64,000 nucleotides of DNA from Chiloscyllium plagiosum (Eukaryota), in assembly GCF_004010195.1 (NCBI RefSeq), contig NC_057749.1, positions 23,418,999 to 23,482,998 on the forward strand. The letters run 5' to 3'. This document shows, in pieces, positions 23,498 to 36,204 of this stretch. Each line of letters opens with the position of its first letter. The stretch's first letter is position 1. A model generated the notes under the pieces. That model was not told where the DNA came from. It ran no database searches and saw only the letters and a program-made list of their open reading frames with translations. Position numbers and translations under genes: made by a program.

Positions 23498-23760
23498 CAA
23501 CCTCTACCATTGGGGAGAGGATACAGAAGCCTCAACAGATGCACTAGTCAGTTTCAAAACAGTTTCAACCTTCCTATTGTTAGAATACTGAATGGACTCC
23601 CAAACTCTTAACATTCGTCTGTATCTCTGTTTTTGTTTTTGCTGCTGTTTACCTATTATTTACTTATCTATGCTACTGAACTCTGATCTGCCTGTATTGC
23701 TCACAAGACAAAGCTTTTCACTGTGCCTCTGTACACACGATAATAAATTTAATTCAATTC
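23498..23760 (+). mobile_element. Rex1/Babar-like LINE 3' end
   Basis: Translates as LPLGRGYRSLNRCTSQFQNSF; ends aataaatttaattcaattc. Confidence 0.6.
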
Positions 23761-25030
23761 CTCACCTTTTCCTCCGCTACATTGATGACTGTATCAGCGC
23801 CACCTCAAGGTTCCATGAGGAGGTGGAACAGTTCATCAATTTCATCAACACATTCCACCCCAAATTTATGTTCGCCCGGACCATTTCAGACACCTTCCCC
23901 GCCTTCTGGACTTCTCCATCTCCATCAATGGTGACTGTTTCAACATGACATTTTCTACAAACCCACCAACTCCCACAGCTACCTGGATTACATCGCCTTC
24001 AACCCTGCCTCCTGTAAAAATGCTAATCCCTTATTTCTAATTCCTCCACCTCCACCACATCTACTCCCAGGGGGACCAATTCCACTGCAGAACACACCAA
24101 ATGGCCATCTCCTTCAAAGACTGCAACTTCCCCTCACATGTGGTCGCTGACCGCAACAAGGACAGAATCCCCCCGGTCCCCACCTTGCACCCCACCCACC
24201 TCTGTGTACAGTGCATCATCTCTACCGTTTCCACCACCTACAAATGGTCCTCACCACCAGAGATATATTTCCCTCCCCAGCCCTAGCCTGCTTCCATAAA
24301 AACCATTCCCTCAGTGACCCCCTTGTCAGGTCCATGCCCCCCACCAACCCACCCTCCCGGCAGCTTCCCCGCCACCACAGGATTTGAAAAACCTGAGCCC
24401 ACACCTCCCCCTCTCTCCATCCACAGTCCCAAAGGAGCCTTGTACATCCATTAGAGTTTTATCTGCACTTTCACACATCATTTACTGTATCTGTTTCTTC
24501 CAATGCGGTCTCCTCTCCACTGGGGAAACAGAATGCCGACTCGCAGAGCGCTTCAGAGAACATCTCTAGGACACCTGCACTAACCAACCCCAGAGCCGAA
24601 CGCTTCAAGTCCCCTGCCCACCCTGCTGAGGACATGCAGGTCCTGGGCCTTCTCTATCACCACACCCTAACCACCTGACGCCAGGAGGAAGAACACCTCA
24701 TCTTTCCCCTCCGGACCTTCCAACCACACAGCATCAATGTGGACCACCTGATCCCAGTTCCAACTTTCCAACTCTGCATCATCCTCATGAACTGTCCATC
24801 TTCCTTCCTATCTATCTGCTCCACCATCCAAACTATCGCCTTTACTCCCAAGTCTATCTACCTATCCCATTCTCAACTACCTTCCCCTCAGCCCCAACCA
24901 CCTTCTATTTATCTCTCTACCCCCTTGGCTCACAAGCCTCATTTCGGACGAAGGGCTCTTGTCCGAAACGTCGATTTTCCTGCTCCTTGATGCTGCCTGA
25001 CCTGCTGTGCTTTTCCAGCACCATATTCTC
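23761..25030 (+). mobile_element. Decayed Penelope-like element: RT C-terminus, GIY-YIG endonuclease and hammerhead-bearing terminal repeat (family A)
   Basis: LFLRYIDDCI..EVEQFINFINTFHP (RT); IIYCICFFQCGLLSTGETECRLAERFREHL (GIY-YIG); frameshifts and stops present. Confidence 0.9.
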
Positions 25031-25044
25031 AAGTTCGGAAGATA

Positions 25045-25140
25045 CATTAACTCTGCTTTTACGACACAGATGCAACCAAATCTGACAAGCACTTCAGCAA
25101 TTCCTGTTTCTGTTTCAGATTTCCAGCACCTGAAGTTCAT
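25045..25140 (+). mobile_element. Family B Penelope-type repeat fragment
   Basis: ttaactctgc...cacagatgc...cagcaattcctgtttctgtttcagatttccagca. Confidence 0.7.
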
Positions 25141-25499
25141 TGTTCTTGGTTTGGTGCTTTGATTTTACTGTCTACGGGCGTTAACTTGCAGTGCCCTTTA
25201 TAATGACATATGAATGGATACGTTTAAACCTTTACGCTCCTCTATCAAATGAAAATACCCATGGAACCAACCTTGTTCCTCTAAGTAAAATGCGCAAAGT
25301 CACCTTGATATTAAAATTAATTAGGCATCCACAATTTTGCAATTTTATGAAGTCAGTCAAACAGCTACTTGACTAGCAATCATGCACGCAGTTCAGACAG
25401 TTACTTGTTGGTAACTACAATGTTAAAAAGTTAAATTTGCGGCTTTGGGCTGTCAGAAATACATAGTCATAATATTGAAAAGCAATACTTTGCACTTAC

Positions 25500-25639
25500 T
25501 TAAAGATGAGATCGTCCACATCTGTTAATGTTGCTCCAATGCTTTTGAGTAAGATGTGGAGGGACTGCAGTGGCACTGCTTCCTGCTTTTCTTTACTGGA
25601 CTCATCTCCTCCTGAGTCGAGAGATAAACTTAGATGCAA
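25500..25639 (-). CDS. VPS13C: VPS13C exon LHLSLSLDSGGDESSKEKQEAVPLQSLHILLKSIGATLTDVDDLIF
   Basis: 140 nt, cag/gtaag, phase 0-2. Confidence 0.95.
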
Positions 25640-25899
25640 CTGTTTAGAAAAAAAAAAGATTCTAACTGACCGCACCCACACCTGAGTAGAGGAGTCAATA
25701 CCAGAACCAGTATTCTTGTTGCCGGCATGGTATCATACTCAATACAGTTTGAAGGTTTACAGAAAACTGTAGATGTCTTATGAACTAAATTCATTCATTG
25801 TTTCTCAAGTTCAAGATATGCTTTCTCTGGAGGGTGAAGATGAGGCAAGGCAGGCACTATAAGAGAAAGTAGGCTGCAATTCAGGAAATAAGAGTCTCT

Positions 25900-26220
25900 C
25901 TATGAACATAATAGCAAATAAGAAAAATAGGCCATTCGGTCCTTGGAGTCTGCTGCCCCATTCAAAAAGATCGTGGCTGATCGGATTTTAACCTCGAGAC
26001 TACATTCTCAATAATCTTTCATCCCTGTGGTAATCAAGGATGTAATTCTGTCATTTAAATTTTTTAGCAGATTGTACATCCACTGCCTTTTGAGGAAGCA
26101 AATTCCAAACTGTTTCCATATTGAATGACTTAATGACTCTCAACTCAGAAAAAATACTTCCTCACGTGTTGTAAATGGCTGTGCCGTTATTTTTAAACTG
26201 TGACCCCTAGTTCTGGATCG
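25900..26220 (-). mobile_element. Older CR1 3' end
   Basis: aggccattcggtccttggagtctgctgccccattcaa...gacccctagttctgga. Confidence 0.7.
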
Positions 26221-26344
26221 AGACTTTAGATTTGATTAAAGAATACAATGAATTATGGGATGTACAAGAAAAACTACTACATATTTATATAAATTGTCAA
26301 CCCACCATTAATTTTCCATACAGCAATAGGAAGTCAAATCAGAG

Positions 26345-26600
26345 CTAGGTTTTATTGTCACGTGAAGTCACACAGGAATACAGGAGTACAGGGAAAAGTT
26401 TACAATGTTGCCATTCCCAGCACCATCTTAAGTACAAGGTACCTCGGTATAAATTCTGGGGTAGCAAATAGAAAAATAATGAAATACATTACCAGTTCAA
26501 CATGACAATTCTTCTCAGTATAAAGTAGTCAATATGAAAAAGTTAAAAGTTCCAAATTATAGTCCTTCTTTGGCAATGGGCCTGCAGTCTCGCCATGCTG
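26345..26600 (-). repeat. Unclassified interspersed repeat (LINE-tail-like), second copy about 30560-30700
   Basis: Both copies share tttattgtcacgt..acaggaat..cag..gtacaag. Confidence 0.55.
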
Positions 26601-27293
26601 GCCTTTCCCTACGAGGGATCAATCTCTCTCCTGCACTGGATTCAATCCTTTACTAAGATAAAATTACTTCACAAAAACACCAGCAAGCCTGAAACCATTT
26701 TGTATAGCAAAGTTCCAGAGATTTTTTTTTTTTTTAAACTTTAGTTGCTTTTCATTCAAGAGATTACTCAACTGATGCACAAAAGGTGAACAAAGTCAAC
26801 AGATATCACAAAATAACAGTCTCAACTTGGCTCAGTGGTCAGCGGTCGATCTTGTATCATTCATTCCTGTTCATGTTTACACAAAGACAAAACAAATCAA
26901 AATATACTTCTGCCTGCTTTCTAAGTTTATGCTTACAGCATGGACCCTCTGGTCACGTTTAACTGGAAAAATCACTGTACATTGATTACAATGGAAGGAA
27001 ATGAAAGCAAACGAACAGAAAGTAATTAATGACACACTTTCAAAAACTTGTGCAAAGATTCCCATGTGGTAGTGAAAATCAATCCCACTACTTCTGATTG
27101 AGAGAATTAAACATTTCCATAGACATTGCAGCTAAGAACCATTACAGCAGGTATGCATGGAATGGAAAACAATGATAAATGAAGTACCAAAATACAGAAC
27201 CACTGCTCCTTTTACTAAAAGGATCTGAACAGATTCTGATATGTAAACAATATTAATTCCTTATTGAGTTTGAAAGAGAGCTAAACTACTTAC

Positions 27294-27407
27294 TTTGATT
27301 GGTGAAATATGGAAATACTCAAAAAAGCTAAGTCTTGAAGCATCAGTCATTGATGTTTCCATCAACTCTGTCTTTAGGGCTTCCATGTCCTTATCTATCA
27401 GATTAGT
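27294..27407 (-). CDS. VPS13C: VPS13C exon TNLIDKDMEALKTELMETSMTDASRLSFFEYFHISPIK
   Basis: 114 nt, cag/gtaag, phase 0-0. Confidence 0.95.
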
Positions 27408-27648
27408 CTGCAAAATAAAACCAAAGTATTTTAAATAATCCAAACAGACCCAGCTGTGATTGAATTCATTTGCAACAATGAGCAACAGAATTGTCACAGC
27501 TGAAAGAGAGGCCATTCATCCCGTCACATAGGCACTGGCTCTCCAAATGAGAGAATCACTTCATGCCTTGCTCCTGCCAATCTCGCATTCATGTTAAGCT
27601 GATATTTTAAGTTTTCCAGTGACAATGGCTATTCTACATAGCCATTGT

Positions 27649-27738
27649 TTCCTGAAGAAGGGCTTATGCCCGAAACGTCGATTCTCCTGTTCCTTGGATG
27701 CTGCCTGACCTGCTGCGTTTTTCCAGCAACACATTTTC
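27649..27738 (+). mobile_element. Penelope-type short insert, family A, intact minimal hammerhead core
   Basis: CTGAAGA 27652-27658, GGGC/GCCC stem, GAAACGTC 27672-27679; 14-bp TSD ggctattctacata at 27627-27640 and 27739-27752. Confidence 0.85.
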
Positions 27739-27879
27739 GGCTATTCTACATAAGTGAGCTTGAAGACAGGAGTACATGTTATGCATTGAAGAAAATTTAA
27801 TGACTATCTGTAAACTAAAGCTATATTGATACTTGATTAGGTAAATAGTCTCATCAAGTTTACACTTTCCCCGTGAATA

Positions 27880-28105
27880 CATGGGTTTCCTCCCACAATC
27901 TAAATACTCTGGATTGTGCAGGTTAGGTGGATTGGCCATGCCATATTGCCCAGTGTCCAGGGCTGTGCGGGCTAGGTGGATTAGCTGTGGGAAACGCAAG
28001 GATAGGGTGGCGTGGGGTGGTGGTCCGGCTAGGATGTTGTTCAGAGGGTCAGTGTGGACCCGATGAGCTGAAAAGTCTACTTCCGTACTACAGGGATTCT
28101 ATGAT
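27880..28105 (+). mobile_element. HE1-type V-SINE, 5' truncated
   Basis: ggtttcctcccaca...gtgcaggttaggtggattggccatg. Confidence 0.8.
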
Positions 28106-28814
28106 TCCACGTTGCTTACCAACTGAAGATGCTTTTTGTGAATGCTGTTTCTCTAAAATGGGATGTACTAATACTGGGAAATGCTTCCATCTGCATGGGT
28201 AGCTCCAAAATGCAGTAAAGGAGCATCATCATATCCTTACTGGACGATGGGCTGCTCTCTCATTAGATAGAAATGATTGGTGGCAGTTTAACCTGACAGG
28301 CACCCCCGCTCAGTTGAGATGGAGTGTCCTTCCTGGTAAACTCAGTGGGCACAAGCAATGAACCACTGTCCAGCTAACTGAGCTATATTTCTTCACGTGA
28401 AGCAGGACAGTAAAGCTGAATACATGACTATGAAAAACTTCACAACAGAACCCACACTCCACCCCTCAAGGTTAATTTCTTTTTAAAAAGTGAAGAATAG
28501 GATAAGTATTGAGTACTTCACACAAATATCATTGTTATGCAACACAGATGGTAATCTTTCGTGTGCCTTAAGTGCTGTATCAGGGCATTGGACTGGATTT
28601 GAATAAACTCAATGATTTATATTACATTTCCCAGGACATTCTTTGAACTATCTTGCATCGAGTAAATAAATATTGTCCAAATGCTCCTTTAAATGTAATT
28701 TTCATTGATTTCTTGTCATGTCTTGAACTCTCACATTGCTGGAATACTCCTCAGCAATCATTAATACATAACTGCTGGACTTTCAGAGGCAAGGCCAAGT
28801 TGATCTTTACATCA

Positions 28815-29015
28815 TAAAAATCAAAAGAACTGCAGATGTTGGAAATCAGAAACGAAGAAAAGGGAAATTGCTGGAAAGGCTCAGCAGGTCTGGCAGCATC
28901 TGTGGAGAGAAATCGGAATTAATGTTTTGGGTTCAGTGACCCTTCCTCAGAACTTAAGTTCTGAACTAAAGACCTGAAACCTCTGCCAGACCTGCTGAGC
29001 TTTTCCAGCAATTTC
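28815..29015. mobile_element. Palindromic Penelope-type short insert, family B
   Basis: 14-bp TSD tgatctttacatca at 28801-28814 and 29016-29029; centre tcagaacttaagttctga. Confidence 0.8.
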
Positions 29016-29551
29016 TGATCTTTACATCAAGAAGGTAAGATAAAAAGGGGGGACATGTGATCAGGGTCTGTATAGGAAGTAATTTAGCTGCTAGGGCTTG
29101 TCAATTCTTTGTGCAACAAGTTGTGAAGTATAATAACATAAGACAATGCATGCTCTTGGATTAGCAAAATCAGTTATACTTTTAGAAGCTGAAGGCAACT
29201 ACCCAGAACCAGTTGATAAAACACACCAAGCCCTATTGTGAATCAACAGCATTTTTATTGACCTAGATTTAACAATAACCTAAAACCATAATGGGAGGAA
29301 GGGTGGGGTACCCATTAAGTGGGAGTAAATTGACCCGCAGCACAAACAAGTTCAGATTGGAGCCAACTGGCATTAGGCAATCACCTGAGCTGCATTTATG
29401 AACACTGCATATGACTATCACTCCATTAAACTGGTCAATTATAAAACTGTTTTTGTTACTAAACTGATACAAAAGTTTCTAATAATAGAACTCATGATTG
29501 GGCAATGAAACCAACACCAATGAGTAAAAACATGACAATAACAGGCATTAC

Positions 29552-29663
29552 CTTTTGAGTCACTGTCAGAGGATCTGATGCGGAGGTAAACAATGCTATA
29601 ACTGCACTGAGAAACCCTTGATCGATCTTCACAGCCATTTCCTGAATCAGGACCATAAAGTAT
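29552..29663 (-). CDS. VPS13C: VPS13C exon (K)YFMVLIQEMAVKIDQGFLSAVIALFTSASDPLTVTQK
   Basis: 112 nt, tag/gtaat, phase 2-0. Confidence 0.95.
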
Positions 29664-30019
29664 CTAGAAGAAAAAATACATCATAATAAGGTAATGACAT
29701 ATTTAAAGACTTGAACAAAAGGCACATGCATTCCAAACAAGGCATCATTTCAAAAACATACAAGTACATATCACCACTGGTCTTTTAACTTCTTGTTTCC
29801 AAAGAGATTCTAATATGGCACAAGTGATTAGTAGTACCAGTGAAGTTTACACTGTGGTCCTGCCTGCATACTATTCGGCCAACACCTCTGATGGATCTGT
29901 CCTGCCAATGGGAACAGGGTGCACTGAAGGATAGCTGGGAGTTTGGAACACTAGCTGAGAGGTTTAATTCAGTGAGAATGGCTGGCAGCTTTTGTCTAAC
30001 TATCTGAGGGGCAAAGTTG

Positions 30020-30128
30020 CCACTTGACTCCAGGTTATAGTCCATCAGGTTTATTTAAAATCACAAGCTTTCAGAGCACTGCTCCTTCATCTTTGTCCAC
30101 TCCAATCCAACACCAGCATCTCCACAAC
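30020..30128. mobile_element. Family C Penelope-type insert, decayed
   Basis: ccaggttatagtcca..agctttcagagcactgctccttcatc followed by the inverted 3' piece. Confidence 0.7.
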
Positions 30129-31621
30129 ATACCTGAGGGATTCCCAGCTCTGGTGCAACTCTTAGCAGTGGGATGTGAGCAAGAGTGGGAAGGTTGGTGA
30201 TAAAACAGGAAGGAAAGGGAGTTACATGCTGTGAGGTCTATCCAGTTTGCGTATTGGGACAGGCCCCCAATATTATGGCCTCATTTTGACCTTGCCAGAA
30301 TTTACCTGTGTCTGGTCACCATCACTATTTGTTATGGTGTTGCTTGCAGTCTTGGTATGACTTCCAAAGATGCTGGGACTGCACGAACTGTTGGCCAAAC
30401 AGACTGAGAATTGGACTTGCTTCCACTGAGGAGCAGATGTCCCAATCTCTGCTTGTTAACGTTACCACAAGTAACACAGTTGCTGGGGAGCATTTTTTAA
30501 AAGATCATTTGCAATAGGCAAGCAATATACCCAACCCCCAGTAAAATTAGAACAGAATACAATATCCTTTATTGTCACGTATACAGGAATGCAGTGAGAA
30601 GTTTTTATTATGGTTGCCTATAATGACACTATCTTAGGTACAAGTATCTAGGCATAAATCTTGGATACAAAAGAGGAAAAAAAGGAAAAGTCGTAGCATT
30701 CCCTAATTAAGGCCACGTTCTTCTCTTTGGAGGTGGTACATTTAGTTTAATTCTTAGTGAACTCTTGAGTGTCTTGCTGGACCGTTACTGAGTAGTTAAA
30801 AATCAACCACATTTCCATTGGTCTGAAGTCACATGTAGGCTTGATCCTTGGATAAGGACTGCAGATTTCCTTCCCTGATTGACATCACTAAACTAGTTTT
30901 TTTTTTAAAAACAATCCAGTAGTTTCATGGTCATCATCACTGAAACTTGCATTTTATTCAAGCTTTATTAATTGATGGAATTCTATTTGAAACTGGCGTT
31001 TCTGAAGTTGAAGTCTTGCCCTCTGGATTGACAGTCTAGTAACATTATCTAATCTCCTTCAAAAATGGAACCTATTTCAACTCATTTACTCTATCAAAAC
31101 CTTTCAGGATTCTGAATAGATCTTGTACATCTTTATTTAGCAAGGGGAATAACCCAGGCACCCCAATCTCTCGGCAATAACTGAAGTCCCTCAAACCCTG
31201 GTACCATTTCAGCCAGCTCCATCTGAGTTCTCTCCAAGACCTTTGAAATCCTTCCTAAAATCTGATGTTCAGAGTCGATCACAACATTCCAGTGAGGTCC
31301 CAACTTGTTATGATCATCAAAGGTTCTGCAACATATTTCATCCCAAATCTGGGCCTGACCCCAAATCCCAAAGGACGGAAGTTCACAGTCTGATCGGACA
31401 GTCCTCAATCAGAGAGGACAATCTCTGGTCTGCACTTGCAACTGCGTTTGACCCCCAGTCACCAAAGATGAATCTGATGAACAGCTTGACTCTACCGGTG
31501 CGGTGTTTGATGCTTATTAATAATTCCTAATAGCTACGATAATTTAATAATTTTCTAATAATCTAGTACATTAGTCTTAATGGAAGTAGCACTGTTACTA
31601 GTATGAAGAAAAGATACTCAC

Positions 31622-31691
31622 TTGAACTGCATAACTTGACTGTGTTCATTAAATCTTGTGATGATGCTTATATCTACAAATGGTTTTGGTT
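31622..31691 (-). CDS. VPS13C: VPS13C exon (E)PKPFVDISIITRFNEHSQVMQF
   Basis: 70 nt, tag/gtgag, phase 1-2; preceded by an 85-nt intron. Confidence 0.95.
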
Positions 31692-31776
31692 CTAAACAGA
31701 GGACACATAAAACTATCAGCATGAGTAAATGATTGTAATTATAGGTAATAAAGTATTGATTCACTTGATTACTGAC

Positions 31777-31858
31777 CTGAATCCAAAGCAATGGACTTCG
31801 GAGGTGGTACTGGATGGAAAGCTATTGGAAATATTGCACCAGGCAACTGGTTATCAAC
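31777..31858 (-). CDS. VPS13C: VPS13C exon VDNQLPGAIFPIAFHPVPPPKSIALDS
   Basis: 82 nt, cag/gtcag, phase 0-1. Confidence 0.95.
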
Positions 31859-31989
31859 CTGTAACAGAGAAATTGCTCCAAAATTCAACAGAACTATACC
31901 TTGTACTCCAAAGCATCAAGACTTTAAACTGTTTATTTTTGCTATCAGTCATGAATTCTCAGTGCAGATTCTCTCAGTTTTACTGCACC

Positions 31990-32870
31990 TTATGACTGTA
32001 GAGCACCTTCTGGTAGTCTTTCTACAGGAAGGATGTTATTAAACTTGAGAAGGTGCAGAAATGATTTACAAGGATGTTGCCAGGACTGAAGTGTTTAAAT
32101 TATACAGACAGACAGAGCGAATAGGCTGGGTGTTTTTCCCTGGAGCATCGGAGGCTGAGGGGTGATCTTATAAGGGTTTGTAAAATCATGAGGGGCATGG
32201 ATAGGGTAAATAGACAAGCTATTTTTCACCAAAGTAGAGCCCAAAAGGATAGGTTTCAGGTGAGGGGAAAAAGTTTTAAAAAGGACCTGTGAAGTAACAT
32301 TTTCATGCAGAGAATCACAATCTTTCCAGTGTGGAAGCAGGCCATTCAGCTCATCAAGTCTACACTGACCTTTTGAAGAGCATCCCACCCAGACCCACCT
32401 CCTCCACCCATCCCTGTAACCCTGTATTTCCCATCATTAATCCACTTAAGCTAAATGTCCCTGGATACTATGGGCAATTTCCCACGGCCAATCCACCTAA
32501 CTTGCACATCTTTTGACTGTAGGGGGAAACCCACACATCCAAAGGAAAACCATGCAGACACAGGGAGAACTTGCAAACTCCACACAAAGTTGCCAGAGGG
32601 TGGAATTCAAGCTAGGTCCCTGGCGCTGTAGGACAGCAGTGCTAACCACTGAGATACTGTGCTGCTGTGCAGGGTGTTACAGGTATGGAACAAGCAGCCA
32701 CAGGTGGAAGAGATGGGTACAATTACAACATTGAAATGGTATCTGGATGGGTAAAATGAATAGGAAGGGTTTAGAATGGGTCAAATGCTAGCAAATGGGA
32801 CTAGGTCAGATTGGGATGTCTGGTTGGCACGGATGAGTTGAACCGAAGGAGTCTATTTCCATGCTGTACT
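31990..32870 (+). mobile_element. CR1 3' end split by a minus-strand HE1 SINE (about 32310-32660)
   Basis: CR1 ORF2 words resume after the SINE. Confidence 0.8.
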
Positions 32871-32999
32871 ACTCGAAGTACTTCATTCTGTTTTCTAATC
32901 CCATACTCCTTTTCCCAAAGGTTGGAGACATGCCCTTCTTAATGAAAAGTTCCAGAATTAGCACGCTCCAAATCCCACTCACTTGCGTGTCTCATGTAA

Positions 33000-33900
33000 G
33001 AACACATAGGAACATGAGTAGGCCACTTGGTCCATCAACCTTGTTCCATGACTGAATAGGGTCATGGCATGACTCCTTTCCACTTTCCCGCCTGTTCCAC
33101 AATCCTCTACTCTGTTGCTCAGCCTTGAAAACGTTCAATGCACGAGCCTCACATATTCTCCAACGTAAAATTCCGAAGATTAATGACCCTCAGAAACAAA
33201 ATTTCTCCTTATCTTCATTTTCAATGGGACACCTGTTACTTTTAAATTAGGCCTCAAGTTCAAGATACACCAAAGGAAAACACCCTCTCAGCCTCTAATC
33301 CAATCAAGCCATCTCAGCATCTAATGTCTCAGTTAGATTGTGTCGCATTCATCTGAGCTTCAAAGCTCATCTCCCTAACTTGGCTCAACTACCATGCCTG
33401 CTGCAGGCTCTCCAAATGAGCATTGTGATATACTGTAATTCTCCTGCCTTTTCCTCCACTCTTGCACATTAATTCAATAAAAACAATCATCCAATCCCTC
33501 TTGAGTGTCTCAACTAAATGTGCCTCCACCACATTTCCAGGCAGTGCATCCCGGTGCTATTGTGCGCAAAAGATTTTTCTCATACTGCAATTGCTTCTTT
33601 TGCAGATCATGTTAAATCTTTGACCTCCCATTTTGGATCCTCTCATAAACAGTAAAAAAAGAAATCCCCCACATCTACTCCACCCAGCACCCTCATTATT
33701 TGAAATCTCTTAGCCTTCCTCTCTCCAAGAAGAGTCCCAGTCTCTTCAATCTATCCTCAAAACTGCAACTCCTTATACCTGGAACCATTCACTTATATTG
33801 CTTCAGCACGCTCTCCAGTACATACAGATCATTCCTATAGTACGGCATCCAGAACTGGGCATAATATCTCCTGAGATCTAAATTATCTTATGCAAATGTT
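33000..33900 (-). mobile_element. Decayed CR1 fragments
   Basis: Antisense CR1 ORF2 end and tail words. Confidence 0.6.
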
Positions 33901-34389
33901 TCTTCGTCACTAAGTACATGGAATTATTAAGACATTAACTGGATAGAAACTTTGGTTTTCCCTTTGCTTACTCTGTTATTGTCTGAAGGTGTGGACCAGT
34001 GCACACCTGATCACCAGTGACCTTTGCATTCAATGAGTGCACCTCTGCAGTGAGTGCATATAACACAGGATAAGCCCATACTAACAACAGAACATGACCA
34101 GCTGGATTACGGACATATGAAGTGAAGCAAAAAGCGACAGCAGTGCTTCACAAACTATTTCCCAACGTGACCTAATTTTAGCTCACCACCACTTTCAAGA
34201 ATTATTTGAAAAGCAACAAAATCTGATCCTCCCAGTGATATGCACCTCACAGCCTATTAAGGCAACTCCTGAAAATTAAAGTTCCCTCAGAAGTCAGCAA
34301 AAACACAACACAACCAGGATAACAACATTCAGTATACAGTCGGTTCTGTATTGCTAAAGCTAGACACATCTTATAAAAGACTTTTTTTT

Positions 34390-35090
34390 CATAGAGTCAG
34401 AGAGATGTACAGCACCAAAACAGACCTTTGGTCCAACTCGCCCATGCCAATCTGATATCCTAACTTAATCTAGACCCATTTGCCAGCACTTGGCCAATAT
34501 CCCTCTAAATCCTTGCGGTTCATATACCCATTCAGGTGCCTTTTAAATGTTTAATTGTACCCACCTCCACCACTTCCTCTGGCAGTTCATTCCATACACG
34601 TACTACCCTCTGTGTGAAAAAGTTGTCCCTTATGTCGCTTTTATATCTTTCCCCTCTCACCTTAAACCTATGCCCTCTAGTTCTGGACTCCCCTACTCCA
34701 GGGAAAAGACTTTGTCTGTTTATCTTATCCATGCCCCTCATGATTTTATAAATCTCTGTAAGGCCACCCTTCAGCCTCTGATGCTCCAGGGAAAACAGCC
34801 ACAGCCTAATCAGCCTCTCCATATACCTCAAATCCTCCAACCCTGGCAACATCCTTGTAAATCGCTTCTGAACCCTTTCAAGTTTCACAACATCCTTCTG
34901 ATAGGAAGGAGACCAGAAAGGCATGCAATATTCCAAAAGTGGCCTAACCAATGTCCTGTACAGCTACAGCATTACCTCCCAACTCCAGTACTGAATACTC
35001 TGAACAATAAAGGAAAGCATATCAAGCGTCTTCTTCACTATCCTATCTACCTGTGACTCTACTTCCAAGGAGCTATGAATCTGCACTGTC
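34390..35090 (-). mobile_element. Young CR1 (HER1-like) LINE 3' fragment
   Basis: Track ORF 34532..34951 VRPLLEYC..WSP..LERVQKRFTRMLPG..FFTQRVVRVWNELP is the CR1 ORF2 C-terminus. Confidence 0.92.
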
Positions 35091-35379
35091 TTGCACTCTT
35101 CAGGGCAATTCTTAAGAAGGCCAGCATTTACGCTGCATGAGAGGAAATTGCTGATCAGTCAGCAAATGGATTATGATTGATAGAGGCATTGAGACATGGA
35201 TAGTGCTCCAATTAATACTGATTGACACTTAACTGACAGGATTTAACCTTTAAACGAAAGAGGTTGTCTCTAAGTGGTCAAGTTGTCCATTAGGTTATTG
35301 AACACTAAAGACGCAATGTTTCAATGATATCGGGCATTGGTTAGACTCCATCTCAAAAACTAATTGCAAATTTCTTGTT

Positions 35380-35780
35380 TTAGGAAGGATATAAATGCAA
35401 CGGAAGTGTTTCAGAGCAGGTTTACTAATGGTTGAACAGAGTGGGCTCATTTCCAATGAAGTTTAGACAAGTACAGGAGACCCGATTGAAGTGCATAATG
35501 TGCAGAATGGCCTTGACAGACAGATGTGGAAAGGAAGTTTCCTCTTGTTGAGGAGTTCAGAACAAAGGTTGACCTTTGAGAACAGAAATGAAGGAAATTT
35601 TTGTTTCTGCGGGCAGCACGATTTTGAAATACTCTACCTCAGAATGTGGAACTGAATAGATTTTTGTTAGGATCAAAGGTCATCAGGAGTAGATGGGAAT
35701 GTGGAACTCAAAAAACACATCAGCCACGATTTTATTGAATGGCAGGGGAGGATTGAGTGACCGAATGGCCCTTATTCTGC
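35380..35780 (+). mobile_element. Older CR1 3' end
   Basis: Degenerate ORF2 end plus tail attgaatggcagg..gaatggcc. Confidence 0.65.
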
Positions 35781-36069
35781 TCGTTTTTCAAACTTTCCTC
35801 ATAAAACATTTTAGATTATCAAGCAACTACAGATTGCCTCTGAACACCATGTTGCACCCACATCATCTTTTAATTTGCCAAATATTATGCACAGCCTTGT
35901 AAGCCATTATCCCTTAAACTGAGGTTGACTATTTTTAAATGCCCAGCAGATAAATTGAACAGTTAGTTGCACTCTACTTAGGATATAATCGCCTTTACAA
36001 AACACATTCACAAACATAACAAGAACGAGGGAAGCCCACGCAATAATCTGACAAACCAATGTACATTAC

Positions 36070-36204
36070 CTGCAGCCAGTTCAACTGGGCACGCAAACTC
36101 CTGTGATGAGCAGACTGCTTAAATTCAACTTGAATGCCAGATAAAAAGTTTCGCCTAATGCTCAATCGCTGAGGCAAACGGATTTGCATAACATGAAAAT
36201 TAAC
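36070..36204 (-). CDS. VPS13C: VPS13C exon VNFHVMQIRLPQRLSIRRNFLSGIQVEFKQSAHHRSLRAQLNWLQ
   Basis: 135 nt, tag/gtaat, phase 0-0. Confidence 0.95.

Noticed and set aside
34532..35056. 139-aa and 169-aa track ORFs as host genes
   Set aside because: CR1 ORF2 C-terminus and its antisense frame
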